64,000 nt of DNA from Octopus bimaculoides (lineage: Eukaryota), in assembly GCF_001194135.2 (NCBI RefSeq), contig NC_068991.1, positions 56,334,238-56,398,237 on the forward strand, given 5' to 3'. Under the pieces are notes generated by a model, which saw only the letters and a program-made list of their open reading frames with translations, did not search any database and had not been told where the DNA came from. A program made the translations under genes and the position numbers. Positions 53,115 to 64,000 of this stretch are shown here, piece after piece (the first letter of the stretch is position 1; every line of letters begins with the position of its first letter).

Positions 53115-53550
53115 AGAATCAGAACTGATCACAGAAACTAGTGAGAGAGGAAAGCGGGAGTCCCATCGGGGCCTGATTCTGTCTAATATATGCCCCCACT
53201 GTAGCCGTGGATATTATCCGATATTGGCCTCATTAATAAATCTCTTCAGGACTCTCAAAAACTGAAGCCGCTAATCTGGTCATCTCCAGATATGAAGAAC
53301 GCGGCTCAAGATCGCTCACTGTGACGCAGTGCCGCGTGCGGTGGAGTACAGCACAAAGAATCAGAAATGACCAGAGAAACTAAAGAGAGGGAGAGAGAGA
53401 GAGAGAGAGAGAGAGGCTGAATGGAAAGTGAGAGTCCCATCGGGGTCTGATTCTGTTAATATGTGCCTCCATTGTAACCGTGGATTTTATCCGATATTGG
53501 CCTACTTAATAAACCACATCAAGACTCTGCTAATCTGGTCATCTTCAGAC
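53115..53550 (+). mobile_element. Diverged tandem pair of LINE (probably RTE) 3' ends encoding a degenerate CxxC zinc finger
   Basis: Units encode CPHCSRGYYPILASLINLFRTL and CLHCNRGFYPILAYLINHIKTL, each followed by GCTAATCTGGTCATCT.CAGA.ATGAAGAA. Confidence 0.45.
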
Positions 53551-53608
53551 ATGAAGAAAAAAACATCAGTAGCAGTTGAAGCATCAGTTGTAGTTGCTGT
53601 TGTTGCTT

Positions 53609-53649
<41 letters not shown>

Positions 53650-53955
53650 GCTGTTGTTGCTTTTGTTGTTGTTGTTGTTGTTGTTGCTTTTGTTGTTGTT
53701 GTTGTTGTTGTTAGTGAGATTAGGCCAACACTGATAAACTTGATATAGAGTATCTGATTACAGTGGTATAAGTGTATGTGTGGGAGAGAGAGAGAAGGGG
53801 GATGGGGAAGGATGAGAAGGAGAAAGAGAGAGGGAGAACAAAGAGAGGGACAGAGTGTAAGAGAAAGAAGGAGGATGGGGCAGGAAGAGAAGGAGAAAGA
53901 GAGAGGGAGAACAAAGAGAGGGACAGAGTGTAAGAGAGAGAAAAAGGAGCGTGAA

Positions 53956-54040
<85 letters not shown>

Positions 54041-54100
54041 GAGAGAGAGAGAAAGATAGATGGAAAGTGTATGTGTGTTAGAGCGAGAGAGTATGTGTGT

Positions 54101-54136
<36 letters not shown>

Positions 54137-54173
54137 GTGTGTATGAAAGAGAGAGAGAGAGAGTATGTGTGTA

Positions 54174-54204
<31 letters not shown>

Positions 54205-55058
54205 AGGAAAGAGTGTGTTTGTAAGAGGGAGAGAGAGAGAGAGAGAGGGAGAGGCTGAATGTAATAGAAGGAGAGTGTGTGTGTGGATAACCGGGAGACA
54301 GAGAGAGTGTGTGTAAGGAAGAGGGAGAGAGAGAGAGATTGTATGTCATAGAGAAGGAGAGTGTGTATGTGTGTATGTAAGAGAGAGAAAGAGAAAGAGA
54401 AATGATGGTGGTGGTGGTGGTAGGCGTGTGCGAGGTGCTTGTTTAACCCTCGGTCAATCCTGACGCAACAGACTCATCAAAAGGATTGCAGACATGGCCA
54501 CACATGATTGTTTTTGTTTCTGCTTGTTTTTATAAACAATAATAAATTTTCTTATGAGTAAAGTTTGGTTGTTATTTCCGGCAAGGCGAGCAAGATCAAC
54601 ACAGTTGTATTTAATCCTCAAAACCGTTCCAGTCGTAACTATCAAAACTTCTTTTCAAATCTTAATGCTTAATATTCTCTGAACTACATTACCCAATGTG
54701 TCCGACATTGCTTTTAAAATGTGGTTTGTGGTTTGAAGGAGACTTAGTAGCTATTTCTAGCAAGTTGATAGTGTTGAGATAAAACTTGTAGATTAACTCC
54801 CATATCAGTTCTGACAGGGTGGACTTATAAATCAAATACAACCCAGCTGTAGCCATCCCACACCTATTTAATGGCATATGGCTGAACATTATTGAATGTG
54901 TCCTCTTATTTAGGACGGTACGATGATAGGCTTCGGTGTGTCCGTGTGGTAAGCAGTTTGCTTCTCACTGCGTGGAATCTTCCGCAAGTTTTTTCTGCTA
55001 TAGCCTCGGGCTCACCAAGGCTTTATGAGTGAATTTGGTAGACGGAAAGACATATATG

Positions 55059-55093
<35 letters not shown>

Positions 55094-55099
55094 GAGAAT

Positions 55100-55290
55100 T
55101 TACGAAAAGCAACAACAACAGACGAAGACAGGTGGTGTAAACAACAAATGGATGTATTAGCTTAACGTTCGAGAATAGAGAAAGTCGTTGACGTTTCGAG
55201 CCTACGCTCTTCAACTGAAAGGAACACAGAAAAAAACAAGGAGAGAAACAAGGAGAAAAAAAATATAAATGTAGTGGTCAGCGATCTATC
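55100..55290 (-). mobile_element. Penelope-type relic with degenerate hammerhead
   Basis: Minus strand TTGAAGA-GCGTAGGCTC-GAAA-C-GTC; C3 is mutated and stem I is broken. Confidence 0.4.
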
Positions 55291-55330
55291 ATGGCGTGTA
55301 TATATATATATATATATACACACATACATA

Positions 55331-55556
55331 CAGTAATACCTCGACTATCGCGGGTGTTACGTTCCAAAACTCCGTGCGATTGGTGAAAATCCGTGAAGTA
55401 GAAACAGTACTGTACTGTATATCTATTATTATTATCTTTATAATTTGTATATTTTTTATTTTATCATAAATGCAAAACAATACCACAGAGGAATCGACTT
55501 AAGCTTAAATAATCAACCGCGATAGGAGAACCGCGATAAGTGAACCGCGATTACTG
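55331..55556 (+). mobile_element. Tigger/pogo-like MITE; partial second copy at 55726-55906
   Basis: TA|CAGTAATACCTCGACTATCGCGG ... CCGCGATAAGTGAACCGCGATTACTG. The second copy ends GAGGGATTACTG|TA. Confidence 0.75.
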
Positions 55557-55618
55557 CATACATACATACATACATACATACATACATACATACATAATAC
55601 GTACATACTTATTTACAT

Positions 55619-55677
<59 letters not shown>

Positions 55678-56064
55678 AAATAGACTCTCCCGTCAGTTTC
55701 GTCGTATGAGGATCCAACAACAAAGCCCCACGCGATTGGTGAAAATCCGTGAAGTAGAAGCAGTACTGTACTGTATTTTTATTACTATTTTTATAATATG
55801 TAAATTTTTATTTTATTATAAATGCAAAACAGCAGCACAGAGGAATCGACGTAAGCTTAAATAATAAACCACGATTGGTGAGCTACGATAAAGTGAGGGA
55901 TTACTGTATACATACATACATACATACATACATACATACATACATACATACATACATAATGCATACACACATACATGTATACATGCATAGACACACACAC
56001 ACACACACACATACACACATACTGGACTGTCCCATCGGTTTTGTCGTATGAAGATCCGACAACC

Positions 56065-56585
56065 TACTCTTCCATTGTCAGTCAAAATGCTTATGTTGAA
56101 TGTGATATGTAAACCTGGCTATCGATTTGCAAAGAAGGCCACAGATGCTGCAAGTATGAGGATTACAGTCCTCATTACAGGATTACAGGTCAGTGCAGGT
56201 GGTATATTTGCAGCCGCTTTTCTCCTTGGCCTTGCACCACGAAGCCTGTTAATGGCTGGTTGCAACAAAGTTTCTAATACCATTTTAACACAATGATCTC
56301 CATTTTGTTCGCCACAAGGCTGATCGCTCAAAGGTGTTGTGAGCTATCTTCACTGCTAAGAGGTTACTCTTCAGCTTGTTCATACACTCCTGTATGCACT
56401 ATCAACCTGGTTATACATGAGGACTTTGAGTATTCTTTCGTCACTCATTCTGACGAGGTGGCCGGCCCAGCGCAATTGTGACTGCATAAGGAAGCTCTCG
56501 ATTCCACCAAACTTACATTTGTTAAACAGGTCGACATTAGAAACTCTGTGAATAACCGCAGATTGTCTTGAGATAGCCTTTGTGG
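56065..56585 (-). pseudogene. 3' end of an RTE (BovB-like) LINE ORF, decayed
   Basis: Minus strand VSNVDLFNKCKFGGIESFLMQSQLRWAGHLVRMSDERILKVLMY (RTE RWAGH motif) and terminal CSICGLLCKS...HIQHKH. Confidence 0.85.
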
Positions 56586-56591
56586 AAGATG

Positions 56592-56630
<39 letters not shown>

Positions 56631-56989
56631 CACCGTTCATTGACTAAAGTAAATAGTTTAATATTGGGGCATATAAGCCTCTGCATTACAGTGATTACAT
56701 CAACAAAACATTTCATTGAGAGTACAATTTATTTACTCCAACAGGTCAAGTGACCACGCAATGGTTTCGCCTTTGTCGTCTGTGGTGTTCTCTAAGAGTA
56801 GACACAGAAGTGCGACTTCCAGCATGTTGCAATGGAGGCTTCTGTTTAGCTAGAGTTACACAGTTTTAAATGCTTATAAGTTTCTTTTATTATTAATTCC
56901 TAGAAAAGAAAAACATGAATTCAATTTTCGTCATGAACACGCAAAACGTGTTCAGGATTGAAAATTTGAAAGTAGTATCCGGTGAATAT

Positions 56990-57400
56990 TTTAAATACTT
57001 CAAGTGGTTGGAAGGTGTTTTACAAGATCCTAAATTGATGACCCTACGCCTCTTTTACCCTTCAACAATATGATCTTGAAGGGATATTGTTTTACTTACT
57101 GATCGTATATACACAATACTTATCAAAAGGTCTCTAGCCTTACATGAATCCTCCCCTACCCAGTCTTCTGAACTATTACCGAAACACTAAATAACATATC
57201 TAAGTGCATCAATGATTCTAGGGAGAAATTCATATTATCGGTTGAGAATTTCTAGGATTCGAAGTGATCGACCGTAAATATTCTCTTTCACACTGAATTT
57301 CAATAGAAAGTTCACATCCGGTGGGCAGTTGACCTCAACGTCAGTGCATAGCTTTTGTTTTCTGTCAAAGACTTGCTATGTCGGTTCTTTCCTTGTAATC
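56990..57400 (-). pseudogene. Second RLE-domain retrotransposon relic
   Basis: Minus strand DRKQKLCTDVEVNCPPDVNFLLKFSVKENIYGRSLRILEILNR*YEFLPRIIDALRYV, collinear with the 35985 copy. Confidence 0.7.
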
Positions 57401-57409
57401 GCTGCTATT

Positions 57410-57610
57410 GTATAAACCAGGTCAGCCTTTGATCGGTCAGGCCTGTGATCAAAGACATTCCAGGAGTGACCATCTCGCCGTTGTTTTTTTTTGTTCGGAT
57501 ATTGTGTTCACAAAATTACATTATCCAATGTGTCTAATTTTTAAGACAGCTGAATGTGGTTTGAGGGAGATTTGGTTGTTCTCTCTGCCAAGTTGAGTGA
57601 TTACTTAGAC
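57410..57610 (+). mobile_element. Unclassified interspersed repeat (same family as 13080-13440, opposite orientation)
   Basis: CAGGTCAGCC..GATC...TGATCAAAG.CATTCCAG..TGACCATC and TGTGGTTTGAGGGAGATTTGG. Confidence 0.55.
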
Positions 57611-57805
57611 CAGTCCATTTTTAGACGACGCATCACTGCAGTTGAAGTTCTTGTGTCGCAAAGAGTATCTCGATACACCATAAAGTGTATCTTAGAGCGT
57701 CACAAAGAGTATCACGATGCACCTCTGATTTTAAAATATAAAATGCAAGGCTTTACGAAGACTGTACTAATACTAATTAGTATAATATTAGGATAATATT
57801 AGTAG

Positions 57806-58026
57806 GGCGGCGTGCTGGCAGAATCGTTAGCACGCCTGGCGAAATGCCTCGCTTTATTTCGTCTACTGTTACGTTCTGAGTTCAAGTTCCGCCAAGGTCG
57901 ACTTTGCCTTTCATCCTTCCGGCGTCGATTAAATAACTACCAGTTACGCACTGGGGTAGATGTAATCGACTTAATCCCTTTGTTTGTACCCTCTATGTTT
58001 AGCCCCTTGTGAGCAATAATGAAATA
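57806..58026 (+). mobile_element. Full-length family B Nin-domain SINE (tail 1)
   Basis: Head GGCGGCGTGCTGGCAGAATCGTTAGC, Nin core, and 11-bp TSD AATATTAGTAG (57795-57805, 58027-58037). Confidence 0.9.
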
Positions 58027-58046
58027 AATATTAGTAGACGCTTTAA

Positions 58047-58142
58047 TATAGGCTTTATAAAGCCTGTACCAGTATAGGCTTTACAAAACTTTAAATATTA
58101 ATATAGGCTTTACAAAACCTTAAATATTAATATAGGCTTTAC
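58047..58142. repeat. ~30-bp AT-rich minisatellite
   Basis: TATAGGCTTTA occurs four times; the unit AATATAGGCTTTACAAAACYTTAAATATT occurs twice. Confidence 0.8.
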
Positions 58143-58214
58143 TAATACCTGAGTGTATTACAAAACGTGTTATTCATAATTTTCTAATATCCAATTATTT
58201 TGTTTACCGTTTAA

Positions 58215-58659
58215 GTTTTTACTCGTTTTAGTCATTGGATTACGGCCATGCTGGGTTTTAGTCAACCAAATCGGCTGCAGTCCTTATGCTTTTATTTTTC
58301 TTTATAAATTTGGTACTTATTCTATCGCCAGGTGATGCTGTTAAGTTAGACATGGCCTGGGCCAATACTGGCCGAAACCTATCAAAGTATATCTTTTGCC
58401 GAAACGCTAGGTTATTGGAACGTAAACAAACTAATACCGGTTGTCAAGCAGTGGTGTGACAAAAGACAGCCAGCCAGCCTGCGACACAGACACACACACA
58501 CACACACACACGCATTCACAATTTTTTAAATAAAACCTGGTACTTATTCTATCGATGTCTTTTGCCGAAACACTAGCTTACGGTGACGTAAACACACCAA
58601 CATCGGTTGCCAAGCGGTGGTACTGGTGGTGGAGGGATAAGCACATCACAAAGACACAC

Positions 58660-58702
<43 letters not shown>

Positions 58703-59206
58703 AAGACACACGCGTGCACACACACACATGTGCATGCACGCGCACAGACTCACACAAGCGCGTGCGCAGTATACTACAATAATAACCAAGTTGTTGAACT
58801 AAAAAATCTTAGCTTCAAAACCGTATATGAATCCTTTTTGACAGAGGTTAGAAAAAAGAAAGGCGATCTTTCGGTATTGGTCTCCAGAGTGTTGGGATGA
58901 GGAGACAACATCATCCACTCTCTTCATCCCAACCTCTTTATCTATGTCATGAGGAAAGATTGTATGAGTTAAAGACGTCGTTTACCAATAACAAAGGAAT
59001 ATCATTGACGTGTTTCAGTCATTAGACTGTGGCCATGCTGGGGCACTTCCTTGAAAAATTTTAATTCGAACTAATCGATCCCAGTACTTATTATTTTTTT
59101 GCAAAGCCAAGTACTTATTCTATCGGTTTCTTTTGCCGAAACGCTAGTTTATAGTGATGTAAACACACCAACACCGGTTGTCAAGTAGTTGTGGGGAACA
59201 AGCACA

Positions 59207-59247
<41 letters not shown>

Positions 59248-59400
59248 AGTGTGTGTGAGTGTGCGACGGGCTTCTTTCAGTTTTCGTCAACCAAATCTAC
59301 TCACAACGCCTTGGTCGGCCCGAGGCTATAGTAGGAGAAAGTTGCGCAAGGTGAGACTGAACCCGGAACCATGTAGCTGGCAATGAAACTTCTTATCACA
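58215..59400 (-). mobile_element. Cluster of family A CORE-SINEs (58215-58700 internally duplicated; 59010-59400)
   Basis: Repeated GGTACTTATTCTATCG...TTTTGCCGAAAC...GGTTG.CAAG segments. Confidence 0.75.
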
Positions 59401-60137
59401 CATGTCAAATTAAAATAAAATACAAAAAAAGTTTAAAAAAAAAACAAAAAAAAACAAAACAAAACAAAATTGGTTCTTTTATTGCTTTTCTATCTAAACA
59501 GCTTCCTGTCTTCGTAACTTAATCTATTGGTTATTAGCATTTACCTTTTTGTTCAGGTGATCTAGCTTAGTGAACATGTACATAGAGACGGATATACGAG
59601 TGAGTGTTTATATATATACGGATGTATGTATGTATATATATATATATATATNNNNNNNNNNNNNNNNNNNNNNNNNNNNNNNNNNNNNNNNNNNNNNNNN
59701 NNNNNNNNNNNNNNNNNNNNNNNNNNNNNNNNNNNNNNNNNNNNNNNNNNNNNNNNNNNNNNNNNNNNNNNNNNNNNNNNNNNNNNNNNNNNNNNNNNNN
59801 NNNNNNNNNNNNNNNNNNNNNNNNNNNNNNNNNNNNNNNNNNNNNNNNNNNNNNNNNNNNNNNNNNNNNNNATTATATCCATAGGCGTATATTTTTAGTA
59901 TTCCCAGAAACAGCTGTAAGACTCTATCCATAAAATACTTCTCCAACCTTACCATTGCTCTCTTTATCTTTTTATTTTTATATATTTACATATACACACG
60001 CTAATATACGACTTATAATCCCCAATCCTGTTCATACAACGACTGGGGCAAACTAGTCGGTATACAGCACTTACTCGGTATTACCTGTATTCTATTGGGT
60101 CTGGTTAAATCCAATACCCTCCTCAACCTTATATATA

Positions 60138-60173
<36 letters not shown>

Positions 60174-60689
60174 TGTATGTATGTATGTATGTATGTATGT
60201 GTGTGTGTATGTGTGTTTGTTTATGTTGGTGAATGGCTGTTTGTGTATGAGAGTTATGTGGTAGGTCTATTGTGACCCAAGATTTGATGGGGGTAGGGGA
60301 GTTGATAGCGGTGTTGATGGTGGAAGCGGTGGTGTAATGTAACGGTAGTGGTGGTGGCAGTGGTGGTGATGGCGGCGTTGGTGTAATATGCATGGTGGTG
60401 ATGGTAGCGGTGTTGGAGTAGTAGTGGTCAATTAGTGGTGATGGTTGTGCTGGTTGTGGTGCAGCTGGTAGTGATGGTGTTGGTGTTGGTGACGGTAGTA
60501 GTGGTGGTAATGACGGTGGTGGTGGTGATAGTGGTGCTGGTGTTGGTAGTAGTGGTAATGGTAGTGTTGATGGTGGTGATAGTGATGGTGGTGGTGGTGG
60601 TGGTGGTAGTGGTTATAGTTGGTTATAGTTGGTGGTGTTGGTGGTGGTAGTGATGTTGGTGGTGATAACAGTGTTGCTGATAGTTATAA

Positions 60690-60735
<46 letters not shown>

Positions 60736-61489
60736 AGTAGTGGTAGTAGTGGTAAGAGAAGAGAAGTCTCAGAAAGGGAAGAGCTGGGGTGGGATAAGTG
60801 TGGGGGTGGATGTTTTTCTGTAGTGTTCTCGAATTCATTGCAAGAGAAGGTATCAAAATCTTGTAAATGTTGAGGAAGTGATGGGACAATTTAGGAATGT
60901 CGAATATGAGTGAGTAGACGGGTGAATATGTGTGTGTTTTGGTATAGAGGGAATGAGAGAGAGAGAGAGAGGGAGAGAGAGGGGGGTAGATGAGCGAGGG
61001 TCTGAGAAATAGAAAGAGAAAGAGTGAGAGAGATGGAAATAGATAGGATAGATAAATAGGTAGATAGATAGATAGATAGATAGACAGACAAAGATGGAGA
61101 GAGAGGCAAAGATAGAGAGAAAGGCAAAGATAGAGAGAAAGGCAAAGAGAGAGAGGCAAAGGGAAAGAGAGAGAGGGTGAGAAAACACATGTCTGTTTTA
61201 CAAAATGCAAGCAATCAGGAAGAGGAAATGTGTGTAATAACACACACATACACACATGCATGCATGTATACATACATATGTACATATACATACTTGAATA
61301 CGTATATATANNNNNNNNNNNNNNNNNNNNNNNNNNNNNNNNNNNNNNNNNNNNNNNNNNNNNNNNNNNNNNNNNNNNNNNNNNNNNNNNNNNNNNNNNN
61401 NNNNNNNNNNNNNNNNNNNNNNNNNNNNNNNNNNNNNNNNNNNNNNNNNNNNNNNNNNNNNNNNNNNNNNNNNNNNNNNNNNNNNNNNN

Positions 61490-61544
<55 letters not shown>

Positions 61545-61629
61545 ATATATGTATATACATGCATGCATACATACATGCACACACGCGCACGCGCGCACAC
61601 ATATATGTGTATAGTATATACGTATGTAT

Positions 61630-61800
61630 GTAGAACATTACAAGACTCCTGTACTGTTGAATTGAAGGTCAGCTGCCCGGCAGATGTGAACTTCCCTGAA
61701 AAATCAGTGAAAAACAGAACATCTACAAACAACTTCTTTCCTGGGATTACGAACCTTAAAGATGTACTTAGAATCATCGGTGTACATAAATTATGTTACT
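61630..61800 (+). pseudogene. Third RLE-domain retrotransposon relic
   Basis: CTVELKVSCPADVNF, then with a frameshift KISEKQNIYKQLLSWDYE; collinear with the other two relics. It is truncated by a MITE. Confidence 0.6.
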
Positions 61801-61806
61801 ATAGAG

Positions 61807-62261
61807 CAGTGATCCTCAACCGTGGTCCATATGGCCCTTGGTGGGACCCATACAAAATTTAGTTGTTAAAAATTACGTGCAGTAAACCGGTTATACTTCT
61901 ACAATGCGCAAAATATTTTTATAATTATTTTTATACAATTATTGATATTTAATTATAAAAATATTCCTTTATTCTTTATTCTTTTACTTGTTTCACTCAT
62001 TTGACTGCGGCCCATGCTGGAGCACCGCCTTTCGTCCTAGTACTTATTCTATCAGTCTCTTTTTCCGAACCGCTAGGTTACAGGGACGTAAACACACCAA
62101 CATCAGTTGTCAAGCGACGGTGTAGGGACAAGCACACACACACACGCACACACACACACACACACATATATANNNNNNNNNNNNNNNNNNNNNNNNNNNN
62201 NNNNNNNNNNNNNNNNNNNNNNNNNNNNNNNNNNNNNNNNNNNNNNNNNNNNNNNNNNNNN

Positions 62262-62309
<48 letters not shown>

Positions 62310-62551
62310 GCAACGGGTTTCTTTCAGTTTCCGTCTACCATATTCACTCACAAAGCTTTTGGTCTGCTCTTGGCTATAGTAGAAGATGCTTGTCCAAGAT
62401 GCCAAGCGGTGGGACTGAACCCAGAACCATGTGGTTGGCAAGCAAGCTTGTGCCTAGGATTATTTTTTAAGCATCGAATGGCTAGGAGGGTTCATCCGAG
62501 TATAATAGGAACCAAAGCGATTCAGAGGTAAAGAATCGTTGAGATCCATTG
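61807..62551 (+). mobile_element. hAT/Charlie-type MITE with a family A SINE (~61970-62450, minus) inserted in it
   Basis: TIRs CAGTGATCCTCAAC / GTTGAGATCCATTG, TSD CTATAGAG/CTATAGAC (7/8). The MITE body resumes at ~62460 (CATCGAATGGCTAGGAGGG). Confidence 0.85.
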
Positions 62552-62674
62552 CTATAGACGAATCTCAAATTTCCAGGGTTTTAGGGAAAGAAAGGGATTA
62601 TCTGCCGCTTATTATAAATTCAACCTGTAAGGGGAAAAGTGGAAACATGCAAGATTTTTCTGAAATTATTAATC

Positions 62675-62879
62675 TTTCATTTATCTTTTACTAGTTTTGG
62701 TCATTAGACTGTGGCCATGCTAGAGCCCCACCATGAGCGGTTTTAGTCGATCAAATCGACCCTAGGACTTATTCTTTGTAAGCCTAGTACTTATTCTATC
62801 GATCGCTTTGGCCGAACCGCTATGTTACGGAAGCGTAAACACACCAACATCGGTTGTCAAGCGATAGTGGTGGGACAAA

Positions 62880-62937
<58 letters not shown>

Positions 62938-63755
62938 TATAACGGGCTTCTTTCAGTTTCCATCTACCAAGTCCACTCACAAGGCTTTGGTCGGCCCGAG
63001 GCAATAGTAAAAGATACTTGCCAAAGGTGTTATCCAGTAGGTCTGAACCCGCAAACATGTAGTTGGGAAGCAAGCTTCTTACCACACAGCCACTCCTTAT
63101 AATGTATATAAAAGGTGTTGACCTCCCCCCATAGAGTGAGTGTATATACACAAAATATAGACGGTAGTCGCTGCAGAGAAACAAGGAATAAAAAACAAAA
63201 GAATCGAGGGATACACTGTATATAGTGACACATAGTGTTGTAGTAAAATTCTAGTGACGCACGCATTAGTGATTTATTAAAAATATATTAAAGCAGAATA
63301 TATTCTTTTACCCGTTTCAGACATTTGATTGTGGCCATGCTGGAGCACCGCCTTTAGTCGAGCAAATCGACCCCAGGACTTATTCTTTGTAAGCTTAGTA
63401 AGCTTAGGTGTAAGCTTAGTACTTATTCTATCGGTCTCTTTTGCCGAACCGTTAAGTTACGGAGACGTAAAGACACTAGCATCGGTTGTCAAGCGATGTT
63501 GGCGGGGGGTGGGGGTGGAGGCAAACGCAGACATACAAACATATGCATACACACATACATATCTATATACATAGATATATATATAGATACGACGGGCTTG
63601 TTTCAGTTTCCGTCTGCCAAATCCACTCACAAGGCTTTGGTCGGCCCGAGGCTATAGTAGAAGACACTTTCCCAAGGTGCCGCGCAGTGGGACTGAACCC
63701 GGATTATGTGGTTGGTAAGCAAGCTACTTACCACACAACCACTCCTGCGCCTATG
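62675..63755 (-). mobile_element. Two family A CORE-SINEs (62675-63095 and 63315-63755)
   Basis: Complete tail-to-head order ending CCACAC(A)GCCACTCCT / CCACTCCTGCGCCT. Confidence 0.9.
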
Positions 63756-63765
63756 CACACAGCCA

Positions 63766-64000
63766 TCTATCTATATATATAAAAATGAGAATGTGTGTCT
63801 GTCTGTCTGTCTGTCTGTCTGTGTGAATCCCTAAAACTTGAGAACTACGCAACCAATTTCATTCAAATTTTACACATGCCTTACTTAGGGTTCCAGTTGT
63901 GTTTTAGTCAATAAAAATTATTAACTTCTTGCAGAGTTCGAGCACACGGCAACATAATATCTCCTCCACTATTTAAGTATTACGTGTCAAAAGTGAAACA
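63766..64000 (+). mobile_element. 5' end of a non-autonomous Helitron-like element (runs off the window)
   Basis: A|TCTATCTATATATATAAAAATGAGAATGTGTG(TCTG)n...AACTACGCAACCAATTTCATTCAAATTTTACAC. The 5'-TC after A and the (CTGT)n tract resemble Lep1-type Helitrons. Confidence 0.65.

Noticed and set aside
56065-56120. Shared 3' tail between this RTE and the family A SINE
   Set aside because: No sequence match is visible, so the SINE's partner LINE is not demonstrated in this window.

Overview
Eukaryotic, AT-rich, microsatellite-saturated draft scaffold with about 30 N-gaps, most flanked by (TA)n or (GA)n. The SINE repertoire looks like Octopus (inferred from recognition, not from a search). Only one protein-coding exon is well supported: the first coding exon of an LRIG-family gene on the minus strand (6031-5733; signal peptide plus LRR N-cap, GT donor), whose remaining exons were not found in the window. 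The ~58 kb upstream is a transposon graveyard. It holds several tRNA-derived SINE families (CORE-type, Nin/Deu-domain and others), RTE LINE 5' and 3' relics, and three relics of a restriction-like-endonuclease (RLE) non-LTR family. DNA-element relics include hAT/Charlie MITEs with 8-bp TSDs, a Merlin-like MITE carrying telomeric repeats, a hAT/Tip100-like left end, Tigger/pogo relics, a Helentron-associated (HINE/DINE-1-like) element and a Helitron-like 5' end. Penelope-type relics include one near-intact minimal hammerhead ribozyme motif. Nearly all ORFs in the supplied track are microsatellite or N-gap artefacts. All calls were made by eye; repeat boundaries are approximate unless a TSD or TIR is quoted.
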